Assembly (NCBI GenBank): GCA_024704765.1
Contig: JAKMXF010000023.1
Location: forward strand, 1-64,000
Source: Oopsacas minuta
Lineage: Eukaryota > Animalia > Porifera
Direction: 5' to 3'
Length of the DNA stretch: 64,000 bases
The notes beneath the pieces were generated by a model that worked only from the letters and a program-made list of their open reading frames with translations, did no database searches and was not told where the DNA came from. This document shows positions 1 to 12,789 of the stretch, one piece after another. The position numbers and the translations under genes are program-made. The first letter of the stretch is position 1. Every line of letters starts with the position of its first letter.

Positions 1-582
1 ATACATGATTATTTGAAATAAAATTTAATGGACTTAAACGGCATCCATGGTCCAAAAAATCGCACTAGTGAACAGGCCTTATTATAACGTAGGTCACGGC
101 TATACATAGTGAAAATCATGACTGAGTATCAATAAGAATATCAAAGGGATATATTTCATGACAATAAAAAGGCTGAGTTAGTGAATATTTGATAGATATT
201 TACAGTGCAAAAATGCCTTAAATATGACTTTACCAAAATGTTTATAAAGGTAGGACACAAGGTCACGACCAATAGAAGTGTTAATAAAATAACATACACC
301 CCACCAGAACTAGTTTATACATTTATACCAAATTCTTACATATCAATAATACATTTATTCGATTGAAATGTAGCAGTTTCTTATTATCGGCGATTATAGA
401 TTTTACCCTAGCTATGACTAGTGCTAGTATACCACACAAGGTGATTGTAGTATCACCGCCTATAGGCTTACAATAGTTATATACACGTATATAGGGACAG
501 CTATATTCTTGTGATTTTCTTAATGGGTTGTATTCAATTTTAACAGGAGACGCACTACCCCGAAAGGTCACACCCTAAATGC

Positions 583-975
583 ATACCTCCTCGATGGAAG
601 TCCGAAATTTCCAGGCAATTTGACGAATGCTCGCTGCAGACCCTCCTGTATGTAGTCCAAGCAAATCTCCATGATACCCTACGATTTACCATTGATTATC
701 GTCGATTGAATTCAGTGAACAAGAAGGACGATTACAGTCTACCTCACCCCCTATCGAAATTGGACAAATTAGCAGGAAGCCAATACTAAATTAGATATCG
801 CCTCTGCATATTGGGCCGTACCGATTCATCCAGAAGATGTAGAGAAGACTGCATTCCACACCCCGAGGAGATGTATGAAATGTTAGTGATGCCTTTCGGG
901 TTGTGTGATGTACCTGCCACGTTTCAAAGAGTTATGGACAGAGCATTGGAAAAGGTACCCAATGCGATATATTAA
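583..975 (+). mobile_element. Degenerate Ty3/Gypsy LTR-retrotransposon reverse transcriptase fragment
   Basis: Hand translation gives IPPRWKSEISRQFDE..LRFTIDYRRLNSVNKKDDYSLP..LDKLAGSQY*, then after a frameshift LDIASAYWAVPIHPEDVEKTAFHTP, then after another MYEMLVMPFGLCDVPATFQRVMDRAL. These are Gypsy RT motifs; the fragment ends before YxDD. Confidence 0.9.
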
Positions 976-2017
976 CTGGCTGTAATATAAAATAAAATAA
1001 CGTCCTTCGTCCCGGTTTCTGAAGAAATTCCTGATGAGAAACAGGTAATTTATTTTACTTGGGCTAATCCACTAAAATGACTTTGATAAAATTAAAGTCG
1101 TCACAAACGGTGATTTAATATTTTTTGTATTAGTGCTATGATTTGGGCCCAAATTCTGAATGAAATTGTGTCCCAATTAACCTGTTTTACCGATTGGTTG
1201 GAGTCCACTGTAAATGATAAAACCTTTTTTACATCGATGTTCAAAAGTTCAAAAGTGGAGATGAAATTTAGTTCCACAGTTCGAGAATGTTAGAGGGAGC
1301 ACTGAATTAGACACTAACCACAACTTGTAGCCTTATCTATTAACTACGAATGTATATTATTTTTGAATTTCAGAAATACATCATCTTTCCGTGACACACT
1401 AAAATATCTCTCGCTTCCCAATGGTTGAAAACCCCTGAGATGGGGGTACCTGGGTTTCTTTATTGCAGAATTAGTGCATTTTTCCCTAATAAATGTACTC
1501 CGCATTTTGTAGAACACATAAACGGTGATCCTGGGTGCATACACCCTATGTGACCAGCATTTGTAGCGGTAGCTTGTAATGCGAAATTTAAAATATTCTA
1601 ATTATTCCTGAAAATTCTTTTAATTTACTACTCAATGTTAGGTTTGGTTATATCTTTCATGGAAACTATTATCCTTACTTACTTGCTATATTTGCGATAA
1701 CCGTAATACCGGTATGATGACCAGGATAGGGAAAGTGATAGGTTGGAGTTTATGTGGGTGGGACACACAGAAACGTATATACAGATATATGTGTTCACTA
1801 CATTTTGTAATGTGATAATTATATAATAACATCAGGGCCATGGTTCAATGGGGACCGCCTATTGCTACGCCACTGGCCTCAGCGGCACTGGTATACAAGG
1901 TAAACATTGGTTAAAGATAGAATTGCCCAGCTGACAGACTTGTAGTATAGCTTTCATAATTGCATAAGTATCTGTTGAAATTGTAATTTCCTTAATATAC
2001 ATTTGTTAGTACAGCAT

Positions 2018-2872
2018 ATGGCTGAGAATTTTAATAATCCAGACGGTGATGATGATGAAGTTAACAAGCTAATCGAAACATTTATTAAGTTACCAAAAGA
2101 TAAACAACTAATTTTTTCAGCAAAAGTAGTTGATCATGTGGTGGATGACCCTGAAATAAGTTCGAAAATTAACCAGAATATTACTGATGTTCTTAAAAAA
2201 GACGAAAATATTCGCGCCCAACAAAAAATTGTAGATACTCTGCGTCATGAAACTAAAGAGGAGCTGAATCGTATTGCTGATGAATTAGAGTCTATTTTTA
2301 AAGTGACTGGTGGGTTTAATGCTGCAGGAGATGGAGCTAAAATTATTGGAAATGCGTTTATGTTGGGAGGGGCATTAGCATCATTCTTTGGATATACTAA
2401 TTTGGGGGAAATGGCTAGTGTAGGAGGAGAGCGTATGGATATGACTGGCAGTGTAATGAAAGTAGGAGTGTCTATCAGTGAAATAATTGCTGAAATGCTG
2501 AAAAGATATAACGTTAAAAAAATTATATCTAGCTATAATGAAGAGTGCAAGAAACTCAATGAATCCGTAAATGAGATGGATAATTCGATCAATACATTAA
2601 ACTTTCGTATAGGTTCTTTACCTATGAGATCAAGAAAGATTATTCTATCTATGGCCTGCCCAATCTTATCTACCGTAGGTGGAGAAATGGTGACAGCATG
2701 TAAATCGAATTGGAAAAGTACTGCCATATGTATTGAAGAATTCAAGTATGCGTACTCTGTGATGAAGATCTGTGAAGCTGGATATAGTATTTATCGGTAT
2801 CAAGAAAAGGTAAAGAGTGGTAAGTTCTCTGAAGCAGCTGAAGAGATACGGAAACTTGCTGATGCATTGTAA
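2018..2872 (+). CDS. Apolipoprotein L-like protein (single exon, about 284 aa from ATG 2018)
   Basis: ELNRIADELESIFK is followed by a Gly/Ala-rich hairpin (GGFNAAGDGAKIIGNAFMLGGALASFFG). The C-terminus GKFSEAAEEIRKLADAL resembles the ApoL C-terminal G-x-K-S-E-x-A-E-E-L-x-K-x-A-x-x-L pattern. Confidence 0.65.
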   Translation: MAENFNNPDGDDDEVNKLIETFIKLPKDKQLIFSAKVVDHVVDDPEISSKINQNITDVLKKDENIRAQQKIVDTLRHETKEELNRIADELESIFKVTGGFNAAGDGAKIIGNAFMLGGALASFFGYTNLGEMASVGGERMDMTGSVMKVGVSISEIIAEMLKRYNVKKIISSYNEECKKLNESVNEMDNSINTLNFRIGSLPMRSRKIILSMACPILSTVGGEMVTACKSNWKSTAICIEEFKYAYSVMKICEAGYSIYRYQEKVKSGKFSEAAEEIRKLADAL

Positions 2873-5345
2873 TCAGATTATTGCTTGACGAATTTTCTAT
2901 TATTATCTATTAGTGCACAATTGTATTTTATTCGTGATATTTATAGATTATGCCCCATTGTTCTGCAGAAATCCATCCACCCTACAATATCGATACGGGG
3001 GATCGATTTCTGCAAATATCTCGATGCAGAAATTATCCCCCTTACATGTATTGTTTGTAAGGTTTCAGAGTGATTATGCAATTGTATTAGATGAATAAGC
3101 ATGACTATCATAATACACTACTTAGCTGAAATAATTCCTTCAAATTCCACTAATACTATGTATGAAGAAATAATTGCGTAATCAATAATTTAAGTAGACG
3201 AACATACAACTTGACAGAAGGTTGCCAGAGTAGTTAGACATCAAATCTCTTTAGCCTATCACTGCCTGAAATGTAGAGATGTTGGTACAAACATTGAAAA
3301 TATTTCTCATGCATTTATAAGGATTCCAGCTGTCTTAATTCTTTGAAGTTGGACACCTCAATGCGCAGCAACCTATCCAACCAAATCGAATCGATGATAT
3401 TTTATCCCTAAAACACAAAAACTGTATTCTACTATATAGTGTGATTGGCTACACATCCATGCTGGACTACACTTTAACATGTGGATACTTATGGTATAGT
3501 TATGATAGAATGGAAAATCGCAAGATAGTTAAAACGAACAAATGTAGCTACATAACTTTAGGATGTATAATATTCACTGTATCTTTTATGTACTAACATC
3601 TATACCAATTAGTTCTCTAATTGGTAGTTAACATCTGTATTATTGATGCTATTGTATTTGTTCAAATATTAACCAGAACAGTTATTGACTTTTGATACAT
3701 AAATTTTGAGGGAAATAAGCATATATTAGTATACAATTAACAAAATATACGAGTGATATACTGTAGATACCGGTTATACGAACATATTTCTACCCCCGAG
3801 GGTGTTTTTAAAGCTGTTTCCACTAGAGATTATTTTCTAATTGATTAAAGTATACATTTATCAAAATACATAACTCTACCACAATTCTTTGTCTATTCTC
3901 CCGTTCGGATTAGCGAGGGTATGTATTATATATCTAGCTTGAGAAACTATTTTGAGCCAAAAGTAACAAGTGAGAACCCAAACATACATAAACTATAGCA
4001 AAACACAGATAAGATATCCTACGGGAAACAAAATTAGTATTAACCAAATGCTACCATACAATCTATATACGTACAATGTTTGTTGATTATCTATTATAGT
4101 TATTCAATTCAAGTAATGCTAAGTGTATTATGATAGTCACAAAACAATTGTATACTCACTCATGAAACCTTACAAACAATACATGTAAGCCAAGGGGGAT
4201 GGATTTCTGCAAAACACCATTGTGTTTTTAAAGATTATGTGCCGGTATTCTTTTCTCATTGTTCCTAGTTCCTACATATTTTCAGGGGCGGTCCCAGGAT
4301 TTGAATACCAGGGGCCAGGCAAGGCCGGCGGATCTGGTCAGGCAGGTTTTGAAATCCTGGGGAAATGCCCCCGTTTGTCCCCTCTGGGATCGCCACAGCA
4401 TATTTCACAAAATATTCATATTGATAATTGATATTTGTACTATTTAACCACTTTATTGTGGACGACGTGTAGTATCTACACACCATTGGCCATAGGCGTA
4501 GCAGACTGTCTGGCAGTCAATAATCTCTTCAAATACTACATATCATTTAGAGCCACCAGAGTTGTTCCGGACATGGCCAGAACAACACCTGATTATGACG
4601 TAATGGAAACGTAATTGAATCATTTCATTGTAGATATGTATACTATATCCAATGGTAAATCAATAAAAGATTACACGAAGGCACCCAAGTGTTGCACAGC
4701 CAAAGAACACTTCGTGTCCGGGTATTCCCAACGCAAGTGAGCAGACCTTGCTTGTTTATATAGAAATGATATACTAAATACTTATACTAATTTATCACTG
4801 AATAACATAATTAGAACCTCCCTCCCTTTTCAGGACAGTCCCACTAGGCGAGTGCATGTAGCCTCGAAGTCGTATCAGGGCGCGTTTTTTTTGCCCAGAC
4901 AGCTATGTAAAGAGTAAAATATATTTTGGAAAGATAGATTACTGTTATAAATTGCCAATAAGAAATGGACAAAAATCATAATAGAGCAGAAATTGAATAC
5001 TCGAATGTTTTTGATCGTCGTTTAACAGTTGTTATATGATGTTTTGAAATATCCTTACACTGCACGGGAGGGTTATAAGCAGCTCATCAGCTCATCTTTA
5101 ATATTTAATGTTATAACCGTGAGGTTAACACGAAAAGATCAGTGTTAGGCTCATTATGGTATCTAAAATCCTATTACTAATTCACATTTTTAACCGATTC
5201 TTTCAAAAATCTAGCTAGAATAGCAATAATCTTGACGACCTCACGTATAGAAATTTCAAAAGTTAACAACTATGCTTACTGAGCTAATACATTAGTGTAT
5301 AGAATGCTATGACTCTTTGTAATTATAGAATATTTGTAGATTAAA

Positions 5346-8282
5346 ATGCCAAATAAATCACAGAAGAAACAGCAATCTAAACAAAAAGGTAACAGAATAA
5401 AACTCCATCCACAATCACGAGGATTTAAACATAAACACAAACACAGGACAAAACAGCTGAGGGACAATATCAATAATCTAACTAAACCTCATCTAACCCC
5501 AACTACAGATATGTCTGAATGGAATGATATAAATCTACCATCTGAGTTACTACTAGCTCTGAGAGAAATGAACTTCTCATCTCCTACTCCCATACAGCGT
5601 ATGTCAATACCTCCAGCTACTGCATGTCATAATGTTATAGGAGCTGCTGAGACTGGATCTGGCAAGACTCTAGCATTCGGTATACCTGTACTGACAGGAA
5701 TACTACAGAGATCTAATGATGATAATATCTGTACAGAGAATGAGAGAGTAGTAATGGATACTGAAGATAAGGTAGAGGGAGATGAGATGGGATGTCTAGG
5801 TAAGTTCATTGAATAGAACCGACTATGTATGCAGTATTAGGTCGAAATGTAATTTATTCACTACGGTAGAATAAGAACTCGAACCAGAGGAACATCATCG
5901 AGTTAGCACTGTACTTATTTCAGTTTTCCATCTAGGTTGGGTAGATGATATACCAGATGCAGAGTTTGAACGTATGTTATCTGATACTTCTATGCCATCT
6001 AATTCTCTACAGATAACACCTCCTCATAACACACAGGTTACTAAACCGCTACAAGCTCTCATACTTACTCCTACACGTGAGTTATGTCTACAAATATGTT
6101 CTCATCTCAGATCCGCGGCTATTCACACCTCTATAAGTGTGGTGGCACTAGTAGGAGGACTGTCTATATCCAAACAGACACGTCTGTTGTCTAGACATCC
6201 TGAGATAGTAGCCTCTACCCCGGGCAGATACCTGCAGCTGTTGGAGGAGGGGAACAAGTATTGTCAGGAGCTTTCACATCTCAGCTATCTGGTGATCGAT
6301 GAGGTTGACAGGATGCTAACCGAGGGACATTTTGCTAATATAAATCTGATATTCGATAGGATAGCCTCTCTAGCGGGTACCTCACAATCACACGGACCTC
6401 AGGTCCTTCTCTTCTCAGCTACGGTACCGTCCTACTTCTTAAATCTAAAGAAACATGAGAGAGATGAACCGGATGGAGTACGAAAACTAAAGCGATATCT
6501 TTCTCGGAAGAAAACTGACGTCATAAACCTGACTAGAAAGAATGTATTGGTTGAGAAGCTACGTGAACATAGACTTATGGTTGAGTCTAGTAACAAACTA
6601 TACTATCTATACTATTTGTTACTAAGGAAAGGTAAAGTACTCGTATTCTCTAACTCTATAGCTTCTCTGAGACAGCTATACGGTATACTCACTACACTCA
6701 GTTTGAATATACTAATAGTTCATTCTGGTATGCAGCAGAAACAGAGATTACAGAACCTTGAGAAGTTCAATTCATCTGAACATGCTATCCTCCTAGCTAG
6801 TGATATGACGTCACGTGGTATTGATTTCACTGATGTGAGTGACGTAATACATTATCACGTGCCTGCTACTGTACAGCTGTATGTACATAGATGTGGTAGG
6901 ACAGCTAGAACTAGCGTTAAGGGAGGGAGTAGCTTACTGCTGGTAGCTCCAGAGGAGAGCAGACGGTATAACACTATATGCAGAGATCTGAATAAAGCAG
7001 CTGGTATTCCTAATGCTGAAATCTCACTTAATGAGGTTAGTTTGCATTTCTCTATCTTTGATTTATTCAAGTTAATCAGTTGAATGAGTTAACCCTCGAT
7101 TATCCGAACAGCAGGGAGCATATTTAGTTTTGATAATTGTCCTATTTTCATCTGAGAAGGGAGATTCAGAGCACTTAAATATTGGTTTTTCGAACTACAC
7201 TCAAACTTGTCTATAACGTACAGATAGCCGCTATAGAGAGGTTGACTGTTATAGACATTATAGAAAGGTGTACTATTAATGTAAATTTCATGGCTGTTAT
7301 GTAGAGGTGGTGGCAATTAAGACAAGTGGCTGGCATATAAGATAATACAGTGGAAGTAGTTGATGGTGGCAACACAAGGGACTTTCCAAAGGTGGACTTT
7401 ATGGGGAGGTGACCGCTATATAAATTGGCCTTTAGATTAAAGAAGTGGCCATTATAGACAGGTTTAGCGCCAGTAAGGGATCAATAATAGTCCGCTGGCG
7501 GCGTTGAGCAGGATTAACTGTATATGATTATGTAGTCATGAGTACATTTCATTAATCCAAATACAATTATCTCAGATTAAACGTATCTCTTCGGGAAACA
7601 AACATTTGTAACAAACATTTGTACTAACCAAAGTATGTAATTTATCTTAATTGTATGGATTAGTTAATTTGAAATGTAAATTATTGGTTTTAACTTTGAA
7701 AGAAGAAATAAGAATTGCAGATTGTATTTCTTATCCGAATTCTGCTGTGCAGTATTTCAGTTACGCCATACATACTTGAAATTCAAAGACCAAGGAGTTC
7801 GGATAAACGAGGGTGAACTGATTATATATTTTCTTATCGGTGTTACCGTTTATGTAGTTTCTTGAGATTATATCACCATCACTATAGAAACTTTCATTAT
7901 TCTCTTACCTACACAGGTGTATCGCTATAAAGATGCGGTACAGTTAGCAATAAAGCTAAACAAGCATGAGAATTCTTACAGGAAACAAACTAAGGATGAA
8001 TCCTGGAAGAAGAAAGCTAATATTAATCTACACGGAGAGTACGATATGACGTCATCCGAAGAAGATACACCACCAACTCGTCAGGATAGGTTTGTGTTAA
8101 GAGAAGGTAAGGAGAGATTACGTAATCTCCTCACTAGTATAAACAAAGAGGATACTGCTATCAGATGTTATAGAGATGGATTGAAGACAGTATCTACATT
8201 GCTAACAGCCGGAGAGAAGGTTAAGCCTGCTACTGATATTCCTTATTTGCCTCTTATTAGAGAGAAACATAGAAGATTGTAA
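5346..8282 (+). CDS. DDX24: ATP-dependent DEAD-box RNA helicase DDX24/Mak5; exons 5346-5799, 5936-7035, 7917-8282
   Basis: Q motif (FSSPTPIQ), [33 protein letters not shown] and HRCGRTAR are present. An acidic insert follows motif I. The K/R-rich N-terminus and C-terminal [12 protein letters not shown] fit DDX24. GT-AG introns 5800-5935 and 7036-7916 join the exons in frame. Confidence 0.88.
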
Positions 8283-10092
8283 TAGTTTGTTATTATTTGG
8301 ATAATATCAATTTTCGCTTACATTCATTTTTAGTGGGTATTGTACAGGGTTATACAGAGGGTGGGGTGCTCAGGGATTTCTCCTCCCAAAACTATTTTTC
8401 CCCCCCCTTAACATTTGGCCATATACGGTATATATCACTATAATATATGACGTGTGGGAAACATATTCATTAGTGTTACCTGCAGAAACTAAATTAGAGA
8501 TTAATACGTCTATTTTTCTCTTGAAAATAACACTGTAGTGTTGAATACAGCAGTAACAGCCGGAATCACACTTTAAGCAGAGACAATTACAGAAAATGTC
8601 ATGCTATTGTATCGGCAGATCAAAATACTATTTGAAATCACTTTCAAGATGAAAAATACATAATATGACAAAGTGTTGTCCTTAGCCCGAGTGAAAACAA
8701 CATACTTGCAATCGATTATTAAATAGGAACGTCGAAGATAATGCTTGAGAGATTAAATCCTTCTGCTTACGCACTTCAAATCCCTCACAGTATCAGTAAG
8801 CAACAAAAACAGCCTCCATTAATCCCCCAGATCAAAAATCCTGTATATAATCCTGTTGTAGGTTGCCATTATTTACTGTAGTAAACGATTCACATACGAA
8901 ATACATTCTATAATGGAAACGACGAGAATATTAGTATGTAAGGTCACTAGTAGGACAAATTCCTGTTACCCACTATATTGAGTCTTGGACTCGTGGTCAT
9001 CCATTACAGTGTTCAAATATTTACAGATAATACAGATATATAATTATATGTTCAAATATACAAGCACGTTTTGCTTGTTTGCTTTGTGCAGCTGTCCAAT
9101 ACTTCCTGTCCTTCGATCTCATCTTGTATATTCATAAATCAACCATGAAATTTTATATCAGAAACTTGAAAATGAGTTTGAGATTTGGCGAATTTGTTTA
9201 CTTTATATTTATACACAACATCTAATGTATATATGATTAATTATTTCAAAATATAAAAATAGTATTCAGCATATTCTTTATTCTAATTCAGTAAATCAAG
9301 ACTCCAAAACACATGATGTAACAATGTAATTGCTTCCTCCGCAACAGCAATGCATCGGTTAGAATGTTTTAACTCATTATTTCGAATTTAACTCTTGCGT
9401 TTAAAGATTAGTTGGTAAAATCAACTCACTATTTTGAATGAGTTGAATGAGTTGGTGAAAGAAAAGTAAATGAGTTGGAGACAAAAAATGAGTTTCTTTG
9501 TCAACTCAAAATGAGTTGATATAGCCCTGCTGAGTGAGTCAGTGAGTACTATGAGTTATTGCCCCTCCGGCGCTAGTGAAATCCTATGGCTCCATGCTGA
9601 CCAAACCAGGTTATTATCTATTTCCCTTGCGCTTGTTACCTAGAGAAAAATTAATTATGTACCCTATAAGAAATACAAACTAATCTGGGAAACATATCTT
9701 TCCCAGATTAGTTTCATTTCTTTGTTAATTACTTTCTACTAAGGAATTCTAGCTCATTAGCTTCATATTAATTAATTCTACATTCATGTAATACTTTGTT
9801 AGATGCTATACAACAAAGCTATATTAATGTATTGGAAGCTACAGATAGTATTTTATCATTGCTGTGTTAATTCATACATAGCTATACAGACCAAATTATA
9901 TTAATATAATAACCACTAAGAGATTAATACTCTCAGAATTCATTGTAAGCTCTTATGAATACATTCTTAGTTGTAAGAGAATTTATCTTAAAAGATATTT
10001 CAAATTCTTTTCATATTACAATGACTGTCCCTTCTATATTCCAAACAACTATTATAAATAGAAATACGTTGTTAAGTTAATAACTATATTCC

Positions 10093-11187
10093 ATGAATTC
10101 CTCACTCAAAATTAATTCAGAGTATATATTCTGGTGTATTCACATTCCTTTACTGATAGTTATTTCATTGGTATTGCTATACATTTGCGAGAAGATTAGA
10201 TTAATTTCCAGAGAGAATAAACAGCTATCAGACCTACACATCTCTAGAGATGAGAAATTACTCCACCGCAAGAACTTAAAGATTACTCTCTATACAACTT
10301 ATATACTGCTATTGATTCTAATAATAGAATTTCTTCCCAATCTGTTAGCTATAATATCTAAGCTAACAACTCTCCAGTTTGTTAATACTACTACAGAGTA
10401 TCACTTTCCCATCTCTAACTCATGTATTATAATCTCTGCGCCTCAATTAGCTGCTTATAAACTGCCAAATTCTTTCCTTATCTTCATAGCATACAAACTC
10501 TCCATTTCATTCCATCTACTGCTAATACCTGCTCTATGCTTCATGTTAAAATTCTTATATCGAGCTTATCTATGTCACAACTATGATCCCGTGATGAAAC
10601 ACTGGTCATGTTACTTGTTAGTAAGATTCACTGCTTCAATGCTAATGATAAATTTCTTTACATTATACTGGTTATTCCTTGGAATAGAGATGTTTGTATA
10701 CTTAACGGACTACTGTATATACTTGGTGTATGCTTACAGATTCTATTTAGTACTAGTGTCTAGGAGGGAGGAAGCTTTATATCATTACGGATTAAGTGAG
10801 CATTATCAACGTATTTCAATACTCAAGCGATATTCCGCAACAATCGTGATTATAACTATACCTATAACATTACTGGTTATACAAGTTATGATAGAGAATA
10901 TGATGAATATACTTAATCTGGTACTAATCAACAGCTGTTACTTTAATCACATTACTTACGGACTAACAATCGTATTGAGATTACCAGCTAATACTGTAGA
11001 GACTCTGTTATCTATTGAAGGTGATGTAGACTATATATGGCTGTATATTTCTATTATACGTAAGAGTATAGTAATACTGTTATACTTAGCTCTGTTGCTA
11101 GTTAATCCTATACAAAGGTTGGTCAGGTGTAGACGGATCAAAGCTAGAGTTCTACTTGTACCTCTCTTGACTAGGAATACTTGCTGA
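10093..11187 (+). CDS. Orphan multi-pass (about 7 TM) membrane protein, 364 aa
   Basis: Long intronless ORF with roughly seven hydrophobic segments and a basic C-tail; no recognisable family motif. Confidence 0.7.
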   Translation: MNSSLKINSEYIFWCIHIPLLIVISLVLLYICEKIRLISRENKQLSDLHISRDEKLLHRKNLKITLYTTYILLLILIIEFLPNLLAIISKLTTLQFVNTTTEYHFPISNSCIIISAPQLAAYKLPNSFLIFIAYKLSISFHLLLIPALCFMLKFLYRAYLCHNYDPVMKHWSCYLLVRFTASMLMINFFTLYWLFLGIEMFVYLTDYCIYLVYAYRFYLVLVSRREEALYHYGLSEHYQRISILKRYSATIVIITIPITLLVIQVMIENMMNILNLVLINSCYFNHITYGLTIVLRLPANTVETLLSIEGDVDYIWLYISIIRKSIVILLYLALLLVNPIQRLVRCRRIKARVLLVPLLTRNTC

Positions 11188-11798
11188 ATATATTTTGATA
11201 TTTATTTGTTATTTGTGTTTACGATATTAATTTTATTTGTATTTTTTATGGTAAAGTTAAAACTGCTCCATCTCAATTCATTTGACCAACATAATACACT
11301 TGACACCGGTTATCTTGAATGCCCGCTATCACGAACGAATTTTATTACAATAAAGGGTTTAGATGTCAACTGGGATACAAACAGTTCGCTGTAGGGATAC
11401 CCCACTCAACCAACTGGATCTGATTCGACCTTCCAAGATTCCCATATGATATAAATCAATACAGACAATAATTGTGACATTAGTTGCACATACCAAGAAT
11501 AAATCGAATATTCTGTTGGTATTGCAGGAATTATGGGACAATCACCTTTTCTTATTGTTTATGATAAAATTAAGTTCCCAAATATTTGAAATAATCTTCA
11601 GTCTATGCAACTAAAGTATAATGCATATTCCTTAATGACGGGAAAACAATATTAACAATAAATAGCACAGTAGAACTCGGTTAGTTAATACTCATTTCAT
11701 TTCACAAGAAGTAAGTCTCGTCCAGTTCTACTGTAGTAATAGCTTACCTCTAATTACCATATCCTCTCTTTGAATAGCTTACTTACAGTATATTCTAT

Positions 11799-12251
11799 AT
11801 GACGTATCATCCATACTATCCTCTACAAGAGTTGCCTGTATACTCTAACGAACCTTCACCATATAATACAAATTATTTAGAGAGTAATCCTCTGACTACA
11901 ATAGACATAGAGGCTCAGTCTTATCCTAGCAGCTCTAATAACTTAGAAGCCAACAATCCTGAACAAGTATCTATTCCTGTACAGGATGTATCACGCACTC
12001 AACTCAGTGCTTGTTGTCTGCTATTATCAATTTGTAATTATATTTGTTGTCCTTTCTTGGGAATTCCAGCGTTAATATTCGCGATATTAGGACATGAAGC
12101 TTGGAAAAGAGAGGAAATAGAAGCAGCTAAGTCTCATGTTTTTCACACTAAGATCTTCAACATAATATACCTCACTATTTCAACAATATCTGCTATAATA
12201 ACTACTATAGTGATTATTCTTGCAGTAGCTGGTCTATTTAATCATAAATAG
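11799..12251 (+). CDS. CD225/dispanin-family protein (PRRT1/IFITM-like)
   Basis: Pro/Tyr-rich N-terminus, then LLSICNYICCPFLGIPALIFA..A...E.EAAK, then a C-terminal TM helix; this is CD225 domain architecture. Confidence 0.85.
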   Translation: MTYHPYYPLQELPVYSNEPSPYNTNYLESNPLTTIDIEAQSYPSSSNNLEANNPEQVSIPVQDVSRTQLSACCLLLSICNYICCPFLGIPALIFAILGHEAWKREEIEAAKSHVFHTKIFNIIYLTISTISAIITTIVIILAVAGLFNHK

Positions 12252-12789
12252 TATAATGTATTCATTAATTCTCACATTAATACTTAATTCCAGAACTCTT
12301 TACTTATTTCTATCACTTTTTATAAATGTGAATTTATTAGTTAATATCTTATTGATTTGGAGAATAAGGTTTATATGGGAATATTACAATGATATATATA
12401 TATAGCAGTGATTCACAAACGGTGCGGCACTACACACTTACTTGTGTATGTCACTTAAATTAAACATCTGCTAAGAGTCGAGAAAAACTAGAATCTTAAC
12501 ATGAATATTTAGATATTAATGGGATAACTAACTCTATTAATTTGACACCGCTGTTCAACTCAAGTTGAATTCCACCATTCAGGTGTGTCTTGATAAATTA
12601 CAGATGGAAAGAGTATCACCTGACATCAGAAATTTTCTTGTGTGTACATTTCCACACCTTTTGACACAATCGCTAAATTCGAATCCAAGTATTCCCTTGC
12701 TAACTAACTGCAAGCAATTTATTCTTATAAGAACACACATATTTCATTTATCTCTATAGAGTATAATACAACTAGCACTTGTTATTACG

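Noticed and set aside
4222-4486. Three overlapping short ORFs in a GC-richer patch
   Set aside because: They coincide with a CAGGGGCGG-type non-autonomous repeat fragment and have no protein-family signal.
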